A DNA stretch of 56,649 nucleotides, taken from the NCBI GenBank assembly GCA_023645945.1, contig JALAIB010000004.1, positions 1 through 56,649 of the forward strand, written 5' to 3'. Below are positions 12,878 to 25,122 of the stretch, in pieces. The position numbers were made by a program, and so were the translations under genes. The stretch's first letter is position 1. Each line of letters starts with the position of its first letter. The notes below the pieces were generated by a model that had not been told where the DNA came from, did no database searches, and saw nothing but the letters and a program-made list of their open reading frames with translations. The DNA is from Diploschistes diacapsis (taxonomy: Eukaryota).

Positions 12878-14019
12878 GAGCTATGGCTGTTACACTGTTG
12901 TTGCTCAGCCCATAGGTCTTGCAAATCTATATCAACGTGCCACCGACTGATTGATGTAGCAAAAGAAGGGCTCAATATACCTAAAACATTCGGCTTCATC
13001 ATCCTCAGTACTAGTTTGTCGCTCGTAGACGTTTGGAAATACCTTGCACTATCTTCTGTTGAGAGCTTAATGATATCGTGGGAACAGGCACTCTCAAATC
13101 ACCCCACTAAAAATCCGCTTACTGCTCGCTCGCGTGAACCAACGGTTCGTGCACTATTCAGACAGTATGTGTCAATGAACGTTTTCAGTGCAATCAAAGG
13201 ATGCTATTTCGGAACATCATTGTCGATATTTAAAAGCACGATAGCAATGAATAAGGCCAGTAATTGACCCAACGATGAACGTATTGTTAGGGGTGTTTTA
13301 GGGACCTAGTAAATGCATTTTACATCCAACATGCCTCAATAGCATTGAGCAATTGGGATAAGTTTAACACGTAGTGTAGAAGACCATTCGCCATCGCAGC
13401 CGCAAAAAAGAACGATTCACCAAGTCCGTTTATTTACTTAGCATAAGCCCTTTTTTGCACGGTACATTCTATAGAACCGCAATACCAGAAGCACCGCTCG
13501 CTGGGAGCATTCTAGAAACTTTGCCGTTTTAGCGGGACATTCGCTTTCCTCATGTTAATGCGTGGAACCGCTTGAACCTGTCCGAGCCAACATTCCATGA
13601 TACTTGCGTAACGGGCTACTCAGCACTGTTCGTTGGAAAGTGTTATGCTTCCAGAGGCAACAGTGATCTTGAATGGCGGCCATAACAGTTGCACTGCTAA
13701 CACAAATATGTGGAATGGTTTCGCCACCTCTGCAGTGCTATGCAAACACTGTGCGATAATCCTGACTATGGATACTTTATATCCCTAGAGATGCGGTTCA
13801 TGTTTATAAGTATTGAACTGCGGTAGGCTAGAAAGTAAACCCCATAAGAAGACTATTGAGCAAAGCTGGAAAACCGTGACAAGCAGACATAAGGGATTTG
13901 CTGCTGGAGTCTCGCTTTAGATCGCCCTTGCCCACTGAAGATCGAGATCCGGGAAGCCCTCGACTTACAACAAGAGATCCGCGGGAGCGTTCGCGGTAAT
14001 AGACTGGTCACATTAGAGT

Positions 14020-15102
14020 CTATGTGAATAGTTTGCCAATTGCAAGGTAGAAGATTGCCACCACAAGTACTACAATACTAAGGTCAACCCACCTTGGTAC
14101 AGGAGGCGATCTGCGAGAGGATTGAGTTTGAGGTCGTCCACTGGTGGGTTTAGCTGGGTTTTCCCTAGCAGTCATCGGCGGTTGAGCAAGTGCAGAAGAG
14201 CGCGCTGGGGTTCGCATACTCCGAACGCCTGAGTTTCCAGGCACCTGCAAGAGGGTGGATTCCTTATATACTTCAGACGCCGACGAGGTGGATCGCAGTG
14301 GACTTGGTGGGGGCTTGGATCTCGCCAGGATGTTGGCCATCGGGCCTGGCAGAGCAACAGATGATGACGCGCCCCTTAAGTCTTCGGCTTCTTCGGACTT
14401 TTGTATGGGGACTTTTGTGTTAGGAATCGGAGTGGGTGGTCCTCTGTCCATATCATCCTTGTAGGCCAAACGGAGCTCTTCTGGAATAGACGTTTCTGGC
14501 TTTGCACCCAGCGTATTTGACCCTTGCGAAAGCCGCCATTCTGCCTCACACTCGGCAATAATGTCTTCATTTGCTCTCGAGCCGCAGCCAATACACTTCC
14601 AGCTACGGGACTGTTTCGCCAAAAGCCGCCTCGACTCTTGGTTCATGTCGATACCACCAAGCTGACCCTTGGCATCGCTGGCCATGAACGCCCGAATTGC
14701 ACACAGTGCTGTTCGAATCCCCCATGCCGGCTGCCAGGTTTCTTCATGATGCCCAGAAATACTGAGACAAATTTCTCGATTGACCTCAAATCTTCCCGAT
14801 GGCGTTAGAAAGCGGAACGAGGGAGGTCGTAGCGGATAACTAGTGGGCAAGATGATGCGGCCATGATAGACGCCTATGTCATATGGTGAGGAAGGCGGCC
14901 CTGTTATTGTGAAATGCCACTCAAAAAGGTTCGTTTCCAAAGGCGTAGCGGTAAATGATGGGTCTGGCGCAAGTGATAGCTCTCTCGATTCTTGAAGGAT
15001 GCGTTTGATGGTCGGTGACTTAGTATTAAACCCGGGAGTCCGAGGAGTTCCTGGCGTGCGCGGTGTTCGAGGAGTAATTGGCGTTGACGGTATAGAGGCC
15101 AT
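14020..15102 (-). CDS. UBC6: Tail-anchored ubiquitin-conjugating enzyme (UBE2J/Ubc6 class)
   Basis: UBC fold 'NLFEWHFTITGPP..YHGRI..YPLRPPSFRFLTPSGRFEVNREICLSISGHHEETWQPAW'; C-terminal hydrophobic anchor 'LSIVVLVVAIFYLAIG'. Confidence 0.88.
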   Translation of the reverse strand: MASIPSTPITPRTPRTPGTPRTPGFNTKSPTIKRILQESRELSLAPDPSFTATPLETNLFEWHFTITGPPSSPYDIGVYHGRIILPTSYPLRPPSFRFLTPSGRFEVNREICLSISGHHEETWQPAWGIRTALCAIRAFMASDAKGQLGGIDMNQESRRLLAKQSRSWKCIGCGSRANEDIIAECEAEWRLSQGSNTLGAKPETSIPEELRLAYKDDMDRGPPTPIPNTKVPIQKSEEAEDLRGASSSVALPGPMANILARSKPPPSPLRSTSSASEVYKESTLLQVPGNSGVRSMRTPARSSALAQPPMTARENPAKPTSGRPQTQSSRRSPPVPRWVDLSIVVLVVAIFYLAIGKLFT

Positions 15103-15639
15103 AGTCGCAGGAGACGGTTCACTTCAAGTACCTTGTCCTCAAGTCAAGGTAAAGTCAAGGGAATGGTAAAAGTAATAAGTACTCAGAAAGAACAACGGCA
15201 AGCTGGCCTCTTGAAAGGATTTGCCTACCAAGGTTAGGGCGGGGCGGAAAAACAACAACCGGTAACCAACGTTTGGAGGCATTGGAACTCTGTTGCACAT
15301 ATCTATATATCTACCCATACTCCTATACTCGAATGATATACAATAGCAAAGCTGTGGAGTGATGATACATAATACAAGCACACAGCAATATACATCGGTG
15401 TATGTTTTTGAAACCCACTGCCTAAATATGTCCCAACAGGAGCTTAGAGACCCCCAGCCATGTCTTTTAGCCGTAAACTATCGAATCCCTAAGTAAAAGG
15501 GGCCAGGCAGAACAAGGTTTGCTACGTGTTCTGAATATGTGGTTCCTCAATTTCTTTCTTTGTAACGCCTTCAATTGTACAAAACATCAAAGAATCAAGC
15601 ACCCTGGAGCCTTGCCCACAAGCAACAGCTCCCTCGGTC

Positions 15640-18600
15640 TCACACCTCAAGCACCAAGTCTTCTGGCAAAGATGTCCACCACCATGACTGAAGTTGCACC
15701 ACGTCTTGCTGGTCAAAAGTCCAGGTTGCCGCCCCTGCTTGGACGAGCCACGCCAATATAAGCCGTATCTCGAAAACTTGCAAGCACGATCCGAGAAGTC
15801 TCTCTAGTTCTGACACTCGACAGCAGGAGACTGCGCTAAGAAGGCTCAGAACTGCACATAGAGCAGACCTCCAAAGCAGCTGAACACAGCCCCCATTTAT
15901 GTCGATCCAAACAGGCAGGAATTTTCCCAGCACTTGTTGCTCAACGCAGCCTGCGGAGTCTTGGGGGATTTGAGGCAGCGGCGCTAACGGAAGGCCCCCA
16001 CAATATGATTCTGTAGGACTGAAAAGAATCTTGAAATTGAGGAGCACTTTGTTGATGCCTCTTGTGCGGTAATCACCGGTTGTCAAACCAAACTCATTAC
16101 TTGGCAACGCTTCCTGCGTGAGCCGAATCATACCGCATGAGATGAGATTGATCAGCGCAATCATCTGGCCATCACTGGGGGCTTCACCAAACTGGAAGCT
16201 CCCGCTCGCTTGCACTTCATTATCAAGGCTGACCTTATAAGCGGCTGCTTGATAAAGTTGATCGGCCCGAAGATTAAAGTTGAACGACAAGATAAATTGA
16301 TCCGATATACCGTAAGTTCGTGCTGGTGCCGCCCTTCCTTTGTTCTCCTGAACAATTTTTCTCTCAGATAGCAATTCGGACACAGCGGAGTCAATAATTT
16401 CTCGTCCGAATAGAGCTAATTTCTCCCTAGCAACCTCAGGTTTATAACCCTTACTAGGTGTCATCACATTTGCCTGTACCCAGTTTTTGGCAAGATCTAG
16501 AGGCTCCCTGGTCGGCATTGAGGCCTTAGGGGTGTTGTGCGGAAGAAAGCGAGGGTTGCGGTGCGCAAACGCGTGTCGTTGAGGGATGGTAGAGATGTGC
16601 TTTCCCTCGTAGTAATCAACATGACTCAAAGTCAGGCATTCCCTGATGTTATGTTGTGATTCAAGCACCTCTCTCCTCGAAGGTAATTCTATTTGGTCTT
16701 GGGAGGGGCTTCGTAATCGCCTTAGACCCCAAGCAAGTAGCCATTTCCAATCGTATGTCATTGGGTTGTCGAAGTCCAAGCTAGGAACGTCGCCGTCTTC
16801 GTATGCTCGAATGAAAGCTTTGCGGAAACTCGAATACCAGCGATCCAAGGAAAACTTATATCTGGGTCTTTGGGTAGACCACCGCCTTTTCACGACTTGC
16901 ACGTCGTATTTCCCACCAAGCATCTCTGCAATAACACTCCAATTTAAGTTCAAGTCGACACCGCCCAACAGAACACGAGTAATGACAATTGCTGTCAACA
17001 GTGACCGGTCATCGTCAGTATTAAAAAAAGCGCTTGTCCTTTGCCCCCGTGTTTTAGATTTTTTAGGCTCTTCGCCGTTCTCATTACCCAAAGCTGATTG
17101 CGGCGGTACATTTCTACTGCTCCCCGGAATGCCGCGTCGGCTTCGTTTTCTCTGAATGTTCGATAGTCTTCGCTTCTTCACTCCAGCACCTTCCTTATCT
17201 AGCAAGGGCATTTTTCGCTTTCGGGTACGCGAATGAACAATACTTGCAGCTGTTGCGGGAGTTCTTGGAGGATCGACCATATTTATAGAATGAGAAACGT
17301 GGCTGTTAGTCGCTGGTGGCAAGGCCAGTGGGTTAATAGTATTCTCATCATCTTCTGGGTATTGGTAGTGGACCCAAGTACCCGTTCCGAAGAACATATA
17401 TTGACTACATGATTGCTGTTCCCATGCAGCAACATTATCAACTGTGGCATTGAAAGCCTCTCTGGTGTTCTTTCCAAGAGCAGAACCCCTTGCAGGAGCC
17501 GCATAGACATGCGACATGGAGGGCAAAGGACCACTGGAAGGGTACCGCATCTCCTGACCTTCGAAATCGAGGAAGGGTAATGTTGAAGAGTGGCCGACCG
17601 ATTGAGCGGGCGCAAGCTCTCTCAAAGTCTTCCTTCGTTTAGATGCAGTACCACGCCACGCTTGTGCGACGTCTTCTGGTTGTGATAAGGAGATATGTTC
17701 AACGACACCAGCGGGACGTTCTGGAGATGCTGGAGGATCTTGCTCCCTACTGTTCCGGATGTCTTCTCGACGCAAAGCATCTGGAGAGCCCCGAGTTTTC
17801 CGGCCGCCTAGTCTCACATTGGTTGAACTCTTCCTTGGAAAGAGCGGCTTCACAGTACCATCTTCTATGGGTAAGCGATTCGTATAAATTCTGCCGTCCC
17901 TAAGGCCACCTATATCAATAGCAGGTTCGCTAGTCTGATCATTGCCCCCAGTGGTTGCCGGAAAGCACGGGTGAGGATGCTTACGGCTTATTAGGTTCTG
18001 CAAATCCTTGAATTTCACGTCTTGAGGATCTAGATTCGCTAGTGCGATAATAGTCTTTTCCTGTATGAGACCCTGCTTGTCTTTGAAAGTGAATAGGATT
18101 TCTTGAAGTTTGCCCTCTCCAATCAGTGCTTTCTTCAAATGTAGTATAGTCTTTCTATCCGGCACGGACTGAGCACCAGTGGCAGAAATGGCCCGAGACA
18201 CGGAGTGGAATAGCTCCTGTCCTCCGGGATAGACGCCATGGTGTGTTTGTACTATTCTCATCAACAATTCCTTTCGAGCCCTTGCGGCTGACCCCCCGAA
18301 GGGACGCATCTTTAAAGAATTTCCAGTCATTCGGTTGGGGCCAAGCCTTCTGTTGTTGAAAGACCCGCCGCTTTGCTCTTTGGGTTTCTCTAATTTTCGT
18401 TGAAGAACCTGTTCGAATAAACGATTTCCGGCTGAATTGTCAATAGCGGACGACCGAGCAACTTCTTCAGAGTTCCCACGCAGTCCATGTTCGTCGCTAA
18501 TCGCGGCAGGCTCGCATTTTTTCTCCTCCATTTCCCCAGGTATTTCTACAATTGATGGAGCCAATTCAGCATCTTGAGGTGTTTGTCGATTTTCTGAGTT

Positions 18601-21600
18601 CATAGTCCTTAGCTCAGGCTCTGGGCTTTCGAACGAAGGAAGCCCAGACGGACTATGTCCGTCATCCAGGAGATTTGGGGTGTCCCCACCGTCGCTAATG
18701 TTGCGTTGGACTTGGTCGAGAGAGCAGACCTTTTTGGTCCTCAACGTAGACTCATGATTTGTCACAGGGCTTCCTTTGCGCTTTGAACTACGCTCCTTGC
18801 TAGATTCGACGTGCCGTGGATTTAATAGCCCGAAGACTGCCAGGCTCTCGTTCGAATGACGTTCACTAAGATTACCCCCAAGCCAAGCTATGTTGGGATT
18901 GTTATTATAAACAGGCTGATTGTTCACATCCCCTGCAGACAAGAACTCGGTATCCATAAGTGCAGACGCTGATACTGGAGAAGAGCTCAATGAATGATGC
19001 TTATGCTCTTCTATTATGTTCGAATGATCGACGCTGAACCATGGTAGGCTTACCATATTTTGCAATCTAAAGATGGCAACACGACACTTGCGTGGCCGGC
19101 CTCTGGCACCGCTCAACCTTAGAGAAGTGACTGGACCTAGGAAAAAACCTGCACAAGGTCTGCTGATCAGAGCAGATTGCTCCTCATAAGTCAGACACTG
19201 TGAATGTATGAGTGATGCAGATTTGCTTCCATTGCGAGTGCACTGTGATGCAGATTCTTGGGGTGAATGGGGACTTTTCGCCTTCTTGGTGTGCATTGTC
19301 TTCCGTATCCTATTTCCTCCTACCCCGGCCCTACTATTTCGCTTTTCTCGAACGGCAGGCAGTTCATGTAACTCTGACTTTAAGAGCCAGGTGGCGTTTC
19401 TTAGATCGTGCGCGGCAATGGATGGTAAATATGCCAATGCAGGATGCTGCGTCGGATTCTTTAATGCGCATGTGGTCTCACTGATGTGTTCTTCAAACTT
19501 CATTGGTATCCCATGGGCTAGACAGGATGGTAGATATTCTGAGCACCCTTGGCCGTTCTGATGACCGATCATGCTCCCGTGGAAAGAAGACTTTGCCAGA
19601 CTTTGGTTATTTGACTGAGCGCGCAGGAGAACAGTATGTGCTGCCGAGGAAGGAAGATTATACAGAGCATGCAATAGCGGTGGTCTTTTAAAGTACACCT
19701 TTCGAAGATCCCTTCTTGTTTTCTGCGAGAAGTATTCTTCGGAAGGTATTGCATATTCCGGGAGAACTTCCCTCATGGCTTGAACCTCGGAAACTCCAGC
19801 TTCAACCCCAGCCTCAATTTCTGGCGTGGCTTTCAAGCATTGGTGATCCCAACCTTTTGTTTGGGAAGTCTCGATCGAATGCAGCTCCTTTTCAGTAAGA
19901 GGGAGTCCATTGGCAGGAGCACCGATTTTAGGATGTTTTCGGGGCCTTCCACGTGCTTTCGGCAACTTGTTTAGCTCTTGCCCCTGCGAAAATTCGGCAG
20001 CTTTCCTTTTCGAACCTTTACGTACTGCTGGCTGTTCCAAACCCACATCGGCCGCCGGCTTTTCTTGACATTTTCTTGAAGGCGCAATGCCCCGGATAAT
20101 GTCATCTGCGATGGAAGAGTCCACCGACGGAGCCTTTGCGCTAACACGAACGCCTTGGTTTCGAACAACCTCTACGCATTGGGTAAGAGTGGCATTGTTC
20201 TTGTGTCCTTGAAAACGAGAGTCGTGGAGATTTGTGAAACCGTTGTCGTCAAGACTAACATTTGATGTCAATTCCGGCAGTGTCTCAACCGCATCCCAGG
20301 CGACTTCGCCTCTTTTAACCTTCGATTCGAAAGCTTGATATGTGTAGTGGACGTAAAAGCCGGTTTTCCCGATTTGGGCGGCATCTCGGATAATGGCCAA
20401 ATGCCTCACGTGGATGGGTTGTGAAACTTGCCAAAAGTTAACCAGCCGACTGATCGCCTGTTCCAGTGGACGGCCAAAGAAAGCACCGACTGTACATCTT
20501 CGGATACCCTACAACAATAAGTTGCTATTTAACTTGAGGTCTTTAGACTTACCTGGAGAGAAAGACCGTTAGAGCCACCTAGCTTCAGGACGCCGTGAAC
20601 CATGTGTACCAACAAACGATCAGGGTTCCATGATAAGAATGACGTTGAAAGGCCACTCTGCGGAAGAGGATTCAAATGGGCAATCTGAGCTTCATCCTGC
20701 AGCAAAATGTCAGTCCCTGCCCGGTTGGACAGCGCAGTATCGTTGAATTTCTCCCAGTCATTTCGGGTATCGGCATCAATCTCATAGCTCTGTTCCTGGC
20801 CGAAAAATACCTCCCAGTCCACTGATGTGGGCTCCCTGATGAGCTTAACGCATCGGCGTAGCGAGTCGGAGTCCACCGGCTTTGATCGGGCTCTCACACG
20901 TTGGAGGATCTTGAAGTCTTCGAATCTCCTTACCGCTTCCGCCATGAGTCTAGACAGCCTTCCATCGCGAAAAATTGCCTGTAGAAAGCCGTCAGTTCGG
21001 GCAATTTATAGCCGGTACAAGACTCATACTAATTGCTTTTTCAGATCATCCCATATGAGCATGTTCTCATCCTTGAGAATATCAAGTGCCCTGCGAATCA
21101 AGGTTTCATGGGCTAGAAATTTGCTGTGACCAAAAGGTTTAACAGAATCGGCTGGTAGATCTTTCGCTTGATTCTCTGATGGGTTTATTGCACCAGAGGA
21201 CTCAAGATTTTGAACGGGCTTGGCAAACTTACTCAACACCAAAAAGCTCGTACGTTTCGAGTCAGTAAGAATAGGGAGCTTCTGAATGTAACCCCTGTCT
21301 GAAAGTCTTTGGGTCCTCGTTGGTACCGATCTTTTGTCTTGTCCAGTTAACCTTACAAGATCTGGCTGGAGAATTCCACGCTCTCTGTGTGCAGCAATGA
21401 CCGTGAGGCAAACGAAGTCCAGTCGAGGTACTTTTTCGAAATCCTGTGCATGGCCAGCAGTGGCGAGCCAAATGTGCTCTTCAGATGCATGGACCTTTAA
21501 CGGTTCCCGAGATTGTGAGCTCAAGACTTCTAGATCTGGTGGTGGATCACCACGTGTTTCTGCCAGGCGATTCGCATTATAAGCTTCAACTTCCGCCAGG

Positions 21601-22055
21601 CTCATGAAGTTGCCTAATTTCTGTTTTCCAACGCTGATACCAAAGTGTCCAGTCAGCCAAGTCCAAACTTTTTCCTGAAAGCGCCGATCAACTTTCTGCT
21701 TTGCTTGTCGCTCAACAGTGACTCCTCCAGTTTGTATACAGTCATGGCTGCGCTCATTGTAATAACGGTCAACGTGTCTTAGAACGTCGGCCGGGTGAAT
21801 TCCTACAACTCACGATGTTAGATTGAAGATGTTAGATTATACCCAGTATCAGCTGCAACTAAAACATTGTCTCCGTACATGAAGCAGAGAGGAGCGCTCA
21901 GGATTCTATTGGGTGGATGCTAACTCGGCGTAGTCGTAGAAGAATCTGGGGAATGACATCTCTAAAGCAACGAATTTTGAAAAGGACTTACCTTCTGAGC
22001 CAGCTAACGCAATCTCCTCCACCAAGCATTTCATCAGCCCATCTATACTAGCCAT
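15640..22055 (-). CDS. TFC3: TFIIIC B-block binding subunit (Tfc3/Sfc3, tau138); 4 exons
   Basis: N-terminus 'MASIDGLMKCLVEEIALAGSEG'; B-block domain 'IAAHRERGILQPDLVRLTGQDKRSVPTRTQRLSDRGYIQK'; AT-hooks RGRPRK; C-terminal 'PVWIDING...WWW'. Introns 21803-21991, 20979-21029, 20509-20552. Confidence 0.88.
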
Positions 22056-22380
22056 TCCTCTCAGACCTCATCAGCATGAGAAGATGTAAAATTTATGTCC
22101 ACTGCAAGGACGGCGTCTCGTTGCCTTGAACGAGGATCGAACTCGATAGGCTACTAGGAACGGGTGATGGTTGGCAAATATCGGTTTAGTGGGGTATAAT
22201 CTTAGTCGTTGACTAGTCTAATCCAACATTCTTCATCAACATTGTGCACAGGCTCGAGTCACAAAATACACTATTTTGTCAATGTTGTGAGATTTTTACT
22301 TTTACCTTCAGGTAGAGCTATAGAAAATTGAACGATCAGAGTGCTGCTAAACATCTGTATCAAGGTCCAAACACGACCAG

Positions 22381-23357
22381 ATGCCTCATAAGCATCGTCG
22401 ACGCAAGAGTAGTGATCAAGGATTGTGCGCAAACATGCCATAACTTTGACATGATTAACCAGTTAATTGTGCTATAGTTTTGATTTGCCACCCACGGTAG
22501 TAGCTAATCCCCTGCCTAATTTCGACTCAGTGAAGCAGGCTTCGAAAAATGGCGCTACCGCTCCGCAAGATTTCCAGCCACACAGCTTCGAGCGTAGATC
22601 ACGGCCTGATAGCATTTTTGATGACACGCCGAAGGCATTCAAACGCCTCATGGCACTTCAGCGAGGCATCAAGCCGCGTCCTGGGCATGACGATTGTAGC
22701 GTGCGACCAATGAAGAAACAAAAGCCGCAAAGTTCAGAGACTGAGATGAAGCCAGGAGGTACGCAAAAGACTTACGCGAACCACACCCCGGACTGTGGCC
22801 CATCGGAGCGTATGGAGAAGCTCTCAGCTCGTGTCGATATAAGTTTTCCCATAACGGGGCATACAAAAACGTCTAGAGGAGCGGAGTTAGTTTCAACCAA
22901 AGCTTCACAGACCAAGACTGAGAGGAAGCTCCAGAGGATGCAAGAAGAGTGGAGAGCACTTGATGCTCGACGGAAAGAGCGGGTCAAGGAGGCTAGGGAG
23001 GAAGTCGAGGCTCAATACCAGCATACTGAATTCTGGAAAGCTGTAGCTCCAAAAAGAAAGATTTCGAAGCATTCTAGAGGGACACAGTCTGCCAGAATGG
23101 CGAATGGCGAACACGATCCACTGATGTGCACTGGAGCAAAACAAGGGCGTAGCGGTAGTCTTGTCGGCCTACATGACGTGGTAAAAGAACCCCCTCGCAT
23201 GTCCTGCATTCCTACAAAGAAGCTCCAATCAAGGAACGGTGCCGCTTTCGACCCCTTCGTTATTCCAGAAGCATCGGGAAGCATATATAAGAGGGAGCAG
23301 CTAAGTGAGGTGAGAAGAGAAGTGATAGATGGATATCGCAAGCGAAAAGCAATATAA
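22381..23357 (+). CDS. Conserved basic fungal protein (UPF0653-like); 2 exons
   Basis: ATG at 22381 'MPHKHRRRK', intron ~22425-22477, then 'FDLPPT..DDTPKAFKRLM..TKTERKLQRMQEEWR..GLHDVVKEPP..RREVIDGYRK'. Confidence 0.75.
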
Positions 23358-25122
23358 AACAGGGAGCCTCCTGTAATTGGGTCTAACGGAAGGTGCTGCA
23401 CGTGTGCGAACCCACAACGAAACTCAAGTCTATCGCATAATTTGTGATAGTGGACTGCCACCCCTTGTCAATCTGCAGCCTGGGAGGGTTGAACATTGGA
23501 TGGGGGGCTCGGGCCTTTCGCGGAGGAAGTTCTGGGGTTGAGAGTATTTCACACTCCATACCGCCGTATGAGACAGTTTTCTAGACTGCATTCGTATCCA
23601 CAGGTGCGCAAGCAGCATTTCTATATTCGACCGTTGACACCAGGCTGAATTCTCACGGTAGCTGTTACTCAAATTGATCCGATCCTACCTATACCACATG
23701 GTGAGACTGCTAGCGAGTTCTGCCAAGGCGATAATAATATTAGATATCAGTGTCCGGTGAGTTCCCTATTCATGATGCCTCGCGAAGTTAGCTGAAGTAG
23801 TGTTATAGTCCCCACGCTTCGCTCAATGTAAGAGGCTTGAAAGGTGCTTGAGAGTAGTCGCACAATCAACCATAGATACTTGGAGCTCTCTGGAATCTCT
23901 AATTGTTCTATAATTAAATCTAGAGCAGCTTTCGAGTTCTGGTGCAAGCATAAAGTGGTAGAAGAGGTGTTTGGTGTGCCAATGATTATTGATAGCGCCT
24001 CGCCTGCCTACTGAGCGACCATGCAGCTGTTTTCCGGCGTTTAGTACGATGTCTATCTACCTCCCTAAAATGGGTATGATATCCCCTCAAACGGGATAGG
24101 TCCCTTCCGGTCACTTTCGTGATGTACTTGTGCGCTTTCAAGGTTCTGCCGCGCAATATCAGACCGCGGCGTGCTGTACATTCATTTTGTTTTCCGTCGC
24201 CATGTTGACTGCGCAAAGGCCCCCGGACAATTTGCTTGCGTGCATCGTATTAGACAACCGTGGTAGTGGTGTCGAGGTTCTAAACGAATACACTCAGACA
24301 GTCCCACATGACTCTGAAGAGGTGCAGCCTGAAATCATGGATTGTCGTTTCGCTCGCTATATGCGTTCCGTCAACCGTAGTGCTTAAGCCTCAGGCGCAG
24401 CGGCCGCAGAACTCCTTGGATTTTCCGTTACCAAGGGATTCGTATCTGCTCAGAACAGCGATGGTCTAGGTTTGTGAGACTATGAGGCAGTTCCGCGAGG
24501 CAACCGAAAGCCGTTTCAAAAAGATTCTGCTGCGCCGGCACAACTCGAAGCCTCCTGTGAACCTGGAACACTTGGGCGTAGCAAACGAAGAGCTAGACAG
24601 AATCCGGATAACTCGAGATCGCCGCAGCGCAAAGCTGTTTGGAGATGCGAACGTGATGATTGAATGAAATACTCGCATGAGAGAAAATGGCGGAAACCTG
24701 ACTAAAGAAGATGTACCAAACAAAAAAACAAGAATCCGATAATCATTGCATATTATCCTGGCTTGATATGCTGCTCATTTGGGTTGGAACATCGTTCGTA
24801 AGGGCAGTCAAGCAACGAGGAACAGAGCAAATAGACAAAGCGAGGAGACGTAGAAGGTTGCGGAGTAGGATCGAAAAGATCATGGATTTGTCGTTTCTCC
24901 ATCCCCAGCTTTTCCTAGTGCGCTTCCATACTAGTAACGACTGTTAGATCATCCCGAGGGGGGCGTATGTGTCAGGTGCAGTGCCAAAGCATACAGTACC
25001 TAGGTAGACTTCAGCGAGCCAACCATAGCATTGGAGTTGGACATTGCCGCCCAAGAATGCCTGCAGAGACGCGTAAGAGAATATACATGTGAAGCGCCAA
25101 AACTTCTTATTTCCACCTTGAG

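Noticed and set aside
12878..14019. Hidden gene in the 1.1 kb convergent intergenic gap
   Set aside because: The frames examined are interrupted by stops, and no motif or convincing exon chain was found.
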